A stretch of 64,000 bases of DNA from Felis catus (lineage: Eukaryota): NCBI RefSeq assembly GCF_018350175.1, contig NC_058375.1, positions 434,001-498,000 of the forward strand, in the 5' to 3' direction. Both the position numbers and the translations under genes were made by a program. Below, in pieces: positions 36,201 through 53,513 of the stretch (position 1 is its first letter; each line of letters starts with the position of its first letter). The notes below the pieces were generated by a model. It searched no databases and was not told the DNA's origin. It worked only from the letters and a program-made list of their open reading frames with translations.

Positions 36201-38686
36201 TTTTTTTTTTTTAAGAAATTTGTGTGCGTGTCACATAAAAGTTCCCCTGGTGCCGTATGGCAGCCATGCTCCTCAGCGGACATACGCCACAGTGTTGCTT
36301 TAGCTCATTTCCAAACAGAGGGTCCAGAATCCTTCCAATGCCCCCAAAAGAGGAAATAAGGCTATCACTAAAGCAACTTCAGAAAATTAGTTGTCGGGAA
36401 AGAAAAACATAAACTGACAGATTCCATTTTTACAAGTTCATCGCTCTCTGTGAAAACTCAAACTTAACGCCATTTCCAGAACTCTCAAACACATACCACT
36501 AAAATTAACGGTATGAGAAGACTAACAAGTAACCGTTCTGACGTTTTAGATAGAAACTGGAAAACCACATCAGGGATACATTTAGTCCTCTTCAGAGTTT
36601 TCGACCTTGGTGAGAACGGAGCAGTGGCTCAGGTGGGCTCACGTGGCAGCAGGGCCACATACCCACCTTGTGAGGGTGCTTCACGTGGACACAGAAACCC
36701 AGCTCTTTGAGAACTCGTCTTTCTGCCTTTATAATCTGATTCTTTAAGTTAACGTAATCTTGGTCCAACAGCAGAGGCACAGGCTTCCTACACAGACAAA
36801 GCACATGTCCACGTAAGGGTCAAAGAGAACAGTCCCTCGAACCCCGATGACCGCCAACCGGTGAAAGTCTACTACACACGCCACACCATACACGTGGCCT
36901 AGGAAGCTCGCTTCGTCTCCTTTAACACAAGCAGAGGCTCTGCCACAAACCCCGGCACTAAACGTACTCTTTTCCTCACACGACCAGCCCAAGACGCACA
37001 ACGAGCACTGAGCGGAAGATTTCGAGACCTCATCACACAAGCACGTCACCCGGCTCAGGACGCAAGTGTCGTGCGTTGTAGACGAAATGGAAAACCGACA
37101 ACCACAGACGTAGACCGTTTAAACAGCCAGCGGCTGCGCTTTCCAAAGGACTTGCGTCAGCCTGAGGAGCACAGTCTGGGTCGTCCGGGCGGTGGTGCTC
37201 GACCGGGGGGCAATTCTGCTCTCCCGGGGCCAGGTCAGGAGACCCGGTTTGGCCGTCACGACCGAGAGAGAGGTCGGGGATGCTGCTAAACACCCTGCCA
37301 CCCACAGGACGGTCCTCGCGACAAAGCACCACCCGGCCCGTGAGGGCAGCAGTGCGGAGACGGAGAACACGGCTCCGGAGCGTCTGAGGGACTGGCGTGG
37401 GCACACCGGAGGCCAGGGTCCCGCAACCGTAGCCACAGCGCCCCGCCCTTCTTGCCGCGGCTCCTTCGCTCAGGAACAGCACCCGGTGCGGACCTCCTGG
37501 GCCGCAGGCCCTGTCCCGGGAGCAGCTTAGCACCCCCACACCCAGACACCTTCGCGCAGCCTAACGGTGAACAGGAGCAGACCAACGCTTACTTTTTCTC
37601 TCTCAGGTGTCGAAGGCGATGAAACACGTTGATGACGTCCCGTATCCGTCTCGGAGCCTCTTCTATCTTGGAGGCCAGGTGAACACAAGCCATCGACACG
37701 TGCTGGAAGGTGAGCATCGCACACACAGGTGGGTTCCTTCCACCCAGACCCTCCGCCGCCTCAACAGCGCGGCAGAGCAGCGAGCGGGGGCACCCCCGCA
37801 AGGGCCGCTTCCAAGAGGCCACTCGAGTCCCGGGGGCTCCCCAACCCCTCAGGTACAGCACCCCAGCCAGAAGGCAGGTTCTCGCTCCTCTGAGCAACCC
37901 GCCAACAGCAGCCCAGGTTTTCCCTCGGTGGATTTCCGCGGGAAAGACACGGGGGAGCACGCTTACCTCCATGGAATGCTTCACAAAGGACTTGGTATAA
38001 AAAAATCGCTGGAACAACACCTGCCCTGTAGCCATAGCCACCTGGAAAAGAGAAGAGTTCCCCTCACTTCTAAAGCCACGACCCAAGGCTTTCGCAGCGC
38101 AGTCCCCTGGTTTCGGGCGACGGACACAGGAGCAGGCACTAAGCCGTGTCCCCAGTCCGCACAGGCTCTTCGCGCCCCGCTGCCTCGCCTCCCTCATCGC
38201 CCCTGACGGACGGCAGCGCTGAGACGCGGGGCCGGGATCGGCGCGGAGCCCGGGGCCCCTGCGGGGACGAGGAGGGGTCGGGGGTCGGCGCCAGGCCCGG
38301 CTCCGCCGCCAACAAAGGGCCCGACGGCCTCCCCCGGAGACGGCGCGGCGGTTACCTCGGCCTCAGGCTCGCGGGCGCGCCCTCACCTGCGGCAAGCGGA
38401 GCAGGATGCCGGCCGCCTGGATGAGCTCGCAGCCCACCACGCGGAGGTCGGTCTCTGTGTCGGTGTCGAGGCCACTCGACATGGACGGCGTGAAGCGGAG
38501 CTTGTCGTCAGGCAGGAGGCAGTTCTCCAAGGTGATGAGCACCCCGGAGTACAGCCGGTCCCCGATCAACATCCCCTGCGACCCGGGGGCTGCGTTCCCC
38601 GACCCCGGGGCGCAGACCGCTGCCGCGGTGGCAGCCGGCCCCGGAGTCCCAGCCGCGACCGTCGCCGCCGCCGCCGCCGCCGCCAT
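30230..38686 (-). CDS. CCNL2: Cyclin L2 (cyclin boxes plus C-terminal RS domain), about 525 aa; exon 5 not visible
   Basis: Exons 38686-38387, 38041-37967, 37702-37593, 36787-36667, [exon 5 inferred in gap 35567-35714], 33154-33055, 32851-32747, 32662-32521, 31026-30915, 30841-30749, 30584-30230. Peptides include [79 protein letters not shown] and the RS-rich tail ending [10 protein letters not shown]. Exon 4 ends in phase 0 and exon 6 starts in phase 2, so a 3n+2 exon is missing. Confidence 0.96.
31059..31466 (+). mobile_element. Tandem CAN-SINE pair (31059-31250, 31253-31466) inside one 15-bp TSD
   Basis: AAGTTTCTTATCAGA at 31042-31056 and 31467-31481. Confidence 0.92.
31801..32345 (+). 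mobile_element. Three tandem CAN-SINEs (31801-31900, 31903-32090, 32101-32345) in CCNL2 intron 8
   Basis: Three successive SINE heads, each followed by an A-rich tail. Confidence 0.88.
33490..33813 (-). other. Putative second alternative (stop-introducing) exon in CCNL2 intron 5
   Basis: Acceptor TTTTAAG|ACTCCTTATTGAAATGGGAC at 33813, reading [13 protein letters not shown]. Resembles the short cyclin L2 isoform tail as I recall it. The 3' end is uncertain (candidate donor ACG|GTAGAC near 33490). Confidence 0.5.
34912..35084 (-). other. Putative CCNL2 poison/alternative cassette exon, partly in an N gap
   Basis: Acceptor-like TGCCATCTCTA abuts the gap at 35085. Visible 3' part is TCCAGTGCAGGCTCTCCGCCGAAGGCCGGCTCTAGACGGTG|GTATGC. 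Confidence 0.6.
34953..35084. other. Assembly gap (132 N)
   Basis: Run of N. Confidence 1.
35567..35714. other. Assembly gap (148 N), probably containing CCNL2 exon 5
   Basis: Run of N; the phase-required exon is absent from the visible intron sequence. Confidence 0.9.
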
Positions 38687-39420
38687 TTTGTGCCGCTGAC
38701 TCCCCTTCGGGCTCCTTCCCGGCAGGGCGGCTCCTCGCGACGATCCACAGCCACGACTGCCCCGCCCCCTCCGCGTGCCATTGGTTCGTTCGGCGGGCGG
38801 CCCGGCGCCGCCTTGCCGCGATTGGCTGGGCAACCTACCCGTCAGCGTCGCGACAGACGTCGACGCCGGAACCCCGCGAGGGCGGGGGCGGGCTCGTTAC
38901 CCAGGGGACCCCGCGGCGCCCGGGTGAGACCAGGGTCTGCGGCCCGACCCGGAAGCAGTACTGGCGGTGCCCTGCCCGGCGAGTCCGAACCTTCGGCACA
39001 AAGCCTTGGCAGCTCGTGGAGCTCCCGCTGCAGCCCCAGGGCTTCTTGGGGGGGCGGGGTCCGGCCTACCCTGGGAGATTCTGCGCGCGGTAGGCCGACC
39101 CCGCGCCGGACCGGCGGGGCGCGACACCTTTGCGTGAGGGCGCGTGCGGGGGCGTGGCGGCTCTCTTCCCGCCGGGATTGCGTCCCGAGAGCCGGGCTGC
39201 CCGGGGCGTGGGAGCAGGGCCCGCGGAGGCCTCCGGTGGCCGGTCGACAGGATGAAAAGATTGGTGCGCGTGCTGGTGAGTTGTCTCCAGCCCGCGCCCG
39301 CAGCCATGGGGTGCGGTTTGCCGGAGTTGATACGTGACAGCTGGCGTAGTCGTTATCCTTGGGGTGCAGATGTTGCCACCAGATTCCTGAAATTCTTGCC
39401 TTCCAAACGGGGGCCACGGG
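38050..39420. promoter_or_regulatory. CCNL2 CpG-island promoter, likely bidirectional
   Basis: CpG-dense; CCAAT boxes (ATTGG at about 38780, 38821 and 39260); YY1 motif CAAAATGGCGGC overlapping the ATG. Confidence 0.8.
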
Positions 39421-41583
39421 AAAAGTAACTGTAAACGTTGAATTCGATGTTTCTGCGGAGCATGGGAAAAGGCCTTAGTTCTTCCCGGGATCGGGGGAAA
39501 GAGAGCCAGGGTGGATGGCCCCGGGAGGGTGGGAGGGAGCTTGGACTTTATTTTCCGGTGGGGAGCCTTCGAAGGGTTTGTGCATTTGTGAACCCCTCTT
39601 GATCCTGAACCTCCGTTTCCTCATCAGTTACTCCTAGCTCTGTCAGGGTTTTTATCTTTTTTTCTTTTTCTTTTTTTTAACGTCATCTGACAGCAGTACT
39701 GCTATCGCATCTGTACCAGAGGAGTAATTGCGGTACAAATGATTTGCACCGAAACTTTTACCAGGACTAGTGCGAGAACCCATGTGAGGATGCTGGGAAA
39801 GCCTGGGTGAGGGGCAGCTGGGGTGGGGCAGGTGCAGACACTGCCCTCGCCTCAAACTGCTCAAACCCAGAGGCCACCATTGGCTTTCACCCCTGGTGAT
39901 AACTTGATTTTGCAACTCAAACAGTGCCAACCAAGATCCAGCCTTTTTCTCATCTCACCCCTACCTCATGTTGGCAGCTCCAGAATGTCCTCACACTGTT
40001 CAGGAAAGGAGGAATTTTTTCTTGTCTGGAAACTCCAGGAAACAGCTTGTTTCTCTTTGGCACTGCCTGGGTGATTTTTCCATCCCCTAAGTAGTGGCCA
40101 GAAACGAAAGAAAAGCTGATGGCTCTAGCCGGTCAGAGCCAGGCCATGCACCCAGGCTTACATGAGGGGAAACGGGGATCCTGTTGCTGGGGGGAGAGTG
40201 GGTGCTGGGGGCCGCCCACGGCTGTTTACCACACACCCATGCTCCTTTATTGAGATGCAAAAGCAAAGGCAGGCAGCTCTGACGCAGCAGCTCACTGCAC
40301 AAGCAGCTCAGCCCCACACACCAAAGGGCCCTGTGTGTCCTCCACCCTGCTGTCTATTCAAAACCCACTTACTGACTAGTGCACATTGAGCACCCTGGGT
40401 GCAAGAGACCGTGAACAACTCAGCCCCGCACCTCCAAATGGTCCGGTGGCCTTCATTAGACACCAAGAGCCAGGAGGAGGGGCCCGCTAGGCCAGTACAG
40501 TAACTGAAGCCAGAAGAAATGCTGGCCTGTAGTTAAGATGAAGTAAAGTGGACAGATTCAGGAGATCGCCAAGTGGTAGGCGGTCAGGACTTGATTGGTT
40601 CTCTGTGGGTCTGGAGGTGGGTGCTGAGTCCACAGGAACCCGGAAGGACTTTCAGGGGACTACTAGCAAAGGATGGAAGGCTCATCATGGGAACATTAGG
40701 AGTGGGGGCAAGGTGGATGCCCAGTCTGGGTAGGCAGGTGTACATTGCCAGGTAAATGCAGACAGCCGCTGCTACTGTGGACCTGAAGAACTCCCCTGGG
40801 CTGGAGCGTGTGGGAGGGTGAGGCAGAGGGCAAAGGGAGACTGCGTGGGAAGAGGGGAGGGAGTCCACGGTCCTTGGGGGGGTCAAGTGCTGACTGTATC
40901 TGTTGGATTTGGGTTCCTGATGGCTTTGGTGAGAGCTGCCTACGCCTGATGGGGCCGACTGTAGACCCAGTGGCAGGAAGCAAGAGGTGGAGAAGAGAGC
41001 TGGCCAAGAGGGAAATGTGAAATACATGCAAGAGAGGCTGAGGGTGGCGTCTGCTCGCCAAGAGGGTAACCGGAGGGACCTGGGCCTGAGCAGGGAGGCA
41101 GATACACCTGCAAGGCAGCAGTCAGCAGTGGACGGACATAAGGGACGTGCAGAGTTAGAGCTGCGGTGAGTTCTTCCTCATCAAGGTAGCTGGCATGTTG
41201 GGAACCTGTTCTGGGCTTGACTTTGTGCTTAGGGAGAGCCACCCAGCTTGCTGCTCTTACTGGGCTGGAGAGTGAGGAAGCAAGCAGGGAAATTGAAACT
41301 GGCACTCAGGGTGGCCCAAGAGCTGAGCACCATGGTCCCTGCTGGAAACTGAAGACAAGGGGAGGGCTGGAAGGGTAGAAGACAAGGTTAAGCCTGGGCA
41401 GGGTCAGAGTGGGGTTTTGAGGCTTGAGTTCTGAACAGACTACCCACAGGAGATCTCAGGCTCCGAGAGGAAGCACAGGCTCAGTTGAACCCCTCAACCT
41501 GGCATCTCCCACGGGGCACCCATAGCACGTGTGCTTATACCAGAGAACACAACTCAGAACACTGAACACCACACCACACAAGC

Positions 41584-41589
41584 TTTATT
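41584..41589 (-). terminator. MRPL20 polyadenylation signal
   Basis: AATAAA about 200 nt after the stop codon. Confidence 0.75.
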
Positions 41590-41786
41590 TATCTGTCTCA
41601 ATGAGGGAAGAAGAGGCCTTACACGCCTTTTACTAAAATGCAAATTAATATAATTGCTGATCACACACTGTTGACAAGTAGTTTTTAGCTCCTATTTTAG
41701 CTGCTGTGATCATCAGGGGGAAAAACCTTTTCCTAAGACACTCCGCTACAAAGAGCATGCAGAAAGCATGCATGTCGGAATCCCGC

Positions 41787-46720
<4,934 letters not shown>

Positions 46721-47129
46721 GGCACCCACCGGCCGGCGCCCGCGCCCGGCCGCGCACGCGCCGCACCGCCCTCGGCGGAAGCGGTGGCCGCGCCCGAGCG
46801 CTTCCGGGTCGGCGGCCCGGCGGGGACTTCCGGGGCGCCGCGAGCGCTCCCAGAGCCCTCACCCGCGGGCCGAGTCTTGTGCGCGTTCCCGCGCGTGACA
46901 GTTCGCGTCGCTGGGGGCTCGGACGCGCTGCTGCGGAGCGCCCTCCGCGGGGGCTGGCTGCCGCCGAGGGGGTGGGGCTCCCAGTCTTTACAGGGCAGCG
47001 CGTCGGACGCGGAAGGGGCGGTGGAGAAAGGAAACGTTAATGGTTCCACTCGTAGGAAATGCCCAGAATAAGCGGAAAGGTGGCAGGGTGGAGTGGGGGG
47101 GTGGAGATGGGGAGTGGCCGCCCGTGGGC

Positions 47130-47335
47130 ACGTTTTCCTTTTGGGGTGATGAAATGTTCTGCAACTGGATACTGGTGACGGTTGCGTAATGTTGTAAAGA
47201 TGCTAAACGCCATGGAATTGTCCACTTTAAGATGGTCAAAATGGGTGCTCACTTCAGCAGTACATATACTAAAATTGAAACGAAATGGTAAATTTTATGT
47301 ATATTTTACCACTATATTACCATTAATTTGAAAAA
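47130..47335 (+). mobile_element. Old L1 (L1MB/MC-type) 3' end
   Basis: TTTTGGGGTGATGAAATGTTCT..GGTGACGGTTGC..GAATTGTCCACTTTAA..AAATTTTATGTATATTTTACCAC. Confidence 0.75.
47245..47283 (+). pseudogene. 3'-truncated U6 snRNA retro-fragment (first 39 nt)
   Basis: GTGCTCACTTCAGCAGTACATATACTAAAATTGAAACGA versus U6 GTGCTCGCTTCGGCAGCACATATACTAAAATTGGAACGA (4 transitions). Flanked by AAATGG repeats. Confidence 0.9.
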
Positions 47336-47389
47336 TAATGAAGTGGGGGGGGCAGAATGGGAGCATGAAGTTTCTTTGTAACTTAAAAA

Positions 47390-47725
47390 TTTTTTTAATG
47401 TTTGTTTTTGAGAGAGAGAGAGCGAGCAGGGGAGGGGCAGAGGGACACACAGAATCCCAAGCAGGCTCCAGGCTCAGAGCTGTCAGCACAGAGCCCCACG
47501 CAGGGCTCCAGCCCAACCAGCAGCCAGCCAGATCATGACCTGAGCGGAAGTCGGTGCTTAGCTGACTTAGCCACCCAGGCGCCCCTTCCCTTTTTTTCTT
47601 TGTAACTTTTGAAATTACAGAAAAGTTGCAAGACTACTTCTAACTCCCCAAGGTATTTTACCCCATAGTACCAACTGTTTACAGTTTTTTCAAAAATTTT
47701 TTTTATTTTTAATGTTTATTTTAGA

Positions 47726-47766
<41 letters not shown>

Positions 47767-48550
47767 CAAAAGAGGGCAGTGAGAGAGGGAGACACAGAAT
47801 CCCAAGCAGGCTCCAGGCTCAGAGCTGTCAGCACAGAGCCGGAAGCAAGGCTCTAACCCATGAACCGTGAGATCGTGACCAGAGCCAAAGTCAGTTGCTT
47901 AACCACAGTTTTTTTCCATTTTAAGATTATTCTTCCTGGGAAGAATAACTCCTGGGGCGCCTGGGTGGCTCAGTCAGTTAAGCAGCTGACTTCGGCTCAG
48001 GTCATGATCTTGAGGCTTGTGAGTTCGAGTTGGGCTCTGTGCTGACAGCTCAGAGCCTGGAACCTGCTTGGGTTCTCTCTCTGCCTCTCTGCCCCTCCCC
48101 TGCTTGTGCGCTGTCTCTCAAAAATAAATAGACATTTAAAAACTTTTTAATTTGCATTCATTCGTGGGAATATTCATTGCTAATTTTCTGACCCCATCGT
48201 TCTTCCTATAGTTATTGGCACTCTACTTAAAGAAGAGCTTTCCCCTTTGGGAGGTGCAAATTTAAATAGTGTTAGAGGGTGCAGTGAGAGAGTAGTGTTA
48301 AGAAGGAAGTGACTGATTGAGCCAAGCAGATATCTGTGGGAAGAGTTTGCCAGGCAGAGGAGCCAGCAGGTGTAAAGGACTAGAGGCAGGAGAGCACCTG
48401 GTAAGGTCAACAACAGCAAAAATGTTGGGAGTGCTTGGCTGGTTCAGTTGGTGGAACATGTGCCTCAATCTCATGGTCAGGAGTTTGGGCTGGGCCCCAC
48501 GGTGGACGTAGAGATTAAATTAAAACTTAAAAACAAAAAAAACAAAAAAC
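47390..48550. mobile_element. CAN-SINE cluster: 47390-47585 (-), 47697-47904 (-, head truncated, with (TG)n(AG)n), 47954-48142 (+), 48427-48550 (+, short)
   Basis: Recognisable SINE heads, bodies and tails, interleaved with L2-like fragments. Confidence 0.85.
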
Positions 48551-48689
48551 AATGTGGTGGGGGTGGGGCAAATGAGAATCCCAGGGACCCCTGAATCAAA
48601 GCGAGCAAATCAGAGGCAGGAGATGGAAGTTGGTGAGGATGTGTAGGACCTTGGTCATGTAAGGACTTTGATGTTCTGGCTACCATGCT

Positions 48690-49400
48690 GCATTTGGGAT
48701 TCCTCACAGCATGGTGGCTTCAGGGCAGTCATTCCCTGCATGGTGGCTGAAGCGCAAGGTGGTGCGGATGCCTTATCGCCTTCTCGGCCCACCCTGTAGG
48801 GCCACACAGCATCATTTCAGCAGTACTCTGGCAGCTTGAATAGTCACAAAAGTTCACTCAACGTCAAGGGGCAGAGGCACTGACTCCAACTCTGGATGGT
48901 AGTGTTAATATTAAAAACAAAATGGTCAGTTTTACCAGCAAAAAAAAAAATAGGTTTATTTGAGAATAGAAGAAAATTACAATCCGGGACAGGGAAACTA
49001 CTGGAAAATCTGGAGCGACAACCACACGCGACTGGTTTCTAGAGGAAAGTGGCAGTTGGAGGAACTTGCAAACAAAAAGTCCACCGGAGTAAACTGAGAG
49101 TTTGAAGTATAATGGCTTCTCATTGGCTGAGCTGTTGCTGGGGAGATGAGAAAATCCTTTTTTCTTCAGCTGGGGTCATGAAGTAGCCTCCACCTGCAAA
49201 GTCCCTCTCTTCTTGTTCGGTCAGCAGTTGATGAGGAGTGGGAGGTGTGAGAGCTCCCCTGACCGAACCTCCTAACTACATTTTAGTGAGGTTTTCTGTT
49301 ATTAATTTTCGTGGGAGAAACATGGAAATCACATTGTAGAGAGAGTATGGGAGCTGGGTGAGGTTACTAGGGCATCTGAACGCGTCAATATGACACATTT
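48690..49400 (-). mobile_element. MLT1 LTR split by an ERV1-type LTR (about 48903-49310)
   Basis: MLT1 motifs CCTCACAGCATGGTGGCT and CACATTGTAGAGAGAGTATGGGA flank an LTR-like block (GGTTTATTTGAGAATAG..CTCATTGGCTGAGCTG). Confidence 0.55.
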
Positions 49401-50164
49401 GTTTTTCACACTCGTGAAAGGTGAAGTCATTACGGGCATCATCCAACTTATTAAATAATCTCAGAGCTGCCGTTTTGCAAACAGACTGCAGGGAGACAAG
49501 GGCTCAAACAGGGAGACCGGTTAGGCTCGAAGCTGGCCTGGCTGGGGCAACATGACGTTCCAGGCGAGGCTTGGCCATGGTAGACACAGTGGAGGAGGTC
49601 AGAGGCAGTTGGGTGCCCAGTGTGCTCTGAAGGTAGAGCCCACAGGCTGTGCCGGCCAGCCGCGTGTAGGGCCATCCTGCACCTCTCTGAAAACCATCTT
49701 CACTGAGGATCCTGAAGACGTCCCTCCGGCCCCCCCTTCCCCCCTTCTCATCTCCTGGGTGTCTGCCCTCCTCACGTAGTAAAAAGCCTACCACCCACCC
49801 TCCACCCCAGGCCTAGGTCTCACTAGGAGTCATTGTTATTTCCGTCTCCCTGGCCCCCCATGCCCAACCTGCCAGCAAGTCCAGGGGGCTCTTCCCACAG
49901 AATCAGTCTGATGTTGAGGCTTATCCCACCCCCGCTAACATGCCACCATCTCACTGGTTTCCCTGTATCTTCCTTCCCCAGATACAATCCACTCTGTACA
50001 CGGCAGGCTCCTGAGCAGATCAGACCACGTCGTATTCACACAAATTCCCTCAAGGCTTCCTGTTGCCCTAGATGTAAATCCAAACACTTCCATGGCAGGG
50101 GCACTAATTTGGCACAACTCTCACTTTTCAAAAATGAAATCTGTCCTATAAAGCTGTTCTCTCA

Positions 50165-50610
50165 GGGCGCCTGGGTGGCTCAGTCGGTTAAGCATCCGAC
50201 TTCAGCTCAGGTCATGATCTCATGGTTCGTGGGTTCAAGCCCCACATCAGGCTCTGTGCTGACAGCTTGGAGCCTGGAGACTGCTTCAGATTCTGTGTCT
50301 CCCTCTCTCTGTGCCCCTCCCCAGCTTGTGCGCGCTCGCTCTCTCGCTCTCTCTCTCAAAAGTAAAACATTAAAAAAAGATTTTTTTTGAAAAAGACGTT
50401 CTCGGGGCGCCTGGGTGGCGCAGTCGGTTAAGCGTCCGACTTCAGCCAGGTCACGATCTCGCAGTCCGTGAGTTCGAGCCCCGCGTCAGGCTCTGGGCTG
50501 ATGGCTCAGAGCCTGGAGCCTGTTTCCGATTCTGTGTCTCCCTCTCTCTCTGCCCCTCCCCCGTTCATGCTCTGTCTCTCTCTGTCCCAAAAATAAATAA
50601 ACGTTGAAAA
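50165..50610 (+). mobile_element. Two tandem CAN-SINEs (50165-50390, 50404-50610) with nested TSDs
   Basis: AAAG.TGTTCTC(TCAGG)-like motif occurs three times, at 50150, 50391 and 50607. Confidence 0.92.
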
Positions 50611-50734
50611 AGATGTTCTCTCAGGAAAATTATAGTTTTAAATCGAACAATGGTGGTGATTTTTCCATGAGGATACAGAGGTGGACAGTCAGAGACAAGC
50701 GTTCCTCTGTTTCAATTCTACCGCAGGAGTTTTA

Positions 50735-51260
50735 ATTTATGGAGACGGCTGAGTGATGACAGGGAGAGGCTGATGCCATTGAAAGTACATTTCTTATTAC
50801 CTGCATTTCCTGAGAGAAGAGGGCACACCGTGCCCTACAGGGCCGCAGGGAGAGGCACCAGTGTCCTCTGGAGGCAAAAGCGGGAGCAAGGGGAAAGCTC
50901 CGGCCAGAGCCTTTATTGGGGCTCCCACAGGAAAGGCAAGGCAGGGCAAGGAAAGCAGTTTAGAATTGACTGGTTGGATAATCCCAGTGGTCGTTGGTGC
51001 ATGGGGCCTGTCCCTAGTTGACAGGTACCTGACCCTAGATAATTTAGGACAGGGGGAATATCAACTGAGTGTGGAGAGAGGACAGCAGTTCTGAGTACAG
51101 GCTCGATCACAGGGGAGATGGAAACAGCTGGGGCCAACAGCCCATGGCACATGGGTGCCAACAGACAAATATCGGATCTAACAAAACACAGGAAGATAAT
51201 CCCCATGTACAGAGCAGCTGAGAGTGACAACCCCATGATGGACCCAGGGGACACTGTCAG
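50735..51260 (-). mobile_element. ERVL-type LTR remnant (MER54/MER74-like)
   Basis: AGAGCCTTTATTGGGG..GGAAAGGCAAGGCAGGGCAAGG..AGTTTAGAATTGACTGGTTGGATAAT signature; boundaries approximate. Confidence 0.55.
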
Positions 51261-51518
51261 GTTTTAGTCAAATCTGTTGCCACAACTCAATCTCTCTGCT
51301 AACGAGTGCTGCAGGGGTGATGTGCCCCCTAGGGGGCAGTGGGGCAGTCCCAGGCCCATTACTGGAGCTCAAGCCACTGCCCCCCTTCTCTTCCAGGAAC
51401 CTCTCAGCTGTCCTCCCCTCTGTCCAGGCAGGCAGTCTCGGCCCAGAAGAGAGGAGCCTGGCACGCTCGGAAGGCTGTGGGAGCCTGGAGCCTTCTGCCC
51501 AGCTCAGGGCCTCTGGGG

Positions 51519-53513
<1,995 letters not shown>

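Noticed and set aside
35567-36667. CCNL2 as a frameshifted pseudogene
   Set aside because: The phase mismatch is explained by an exon hidden in the N gap; all other exons and splice sites are intact.
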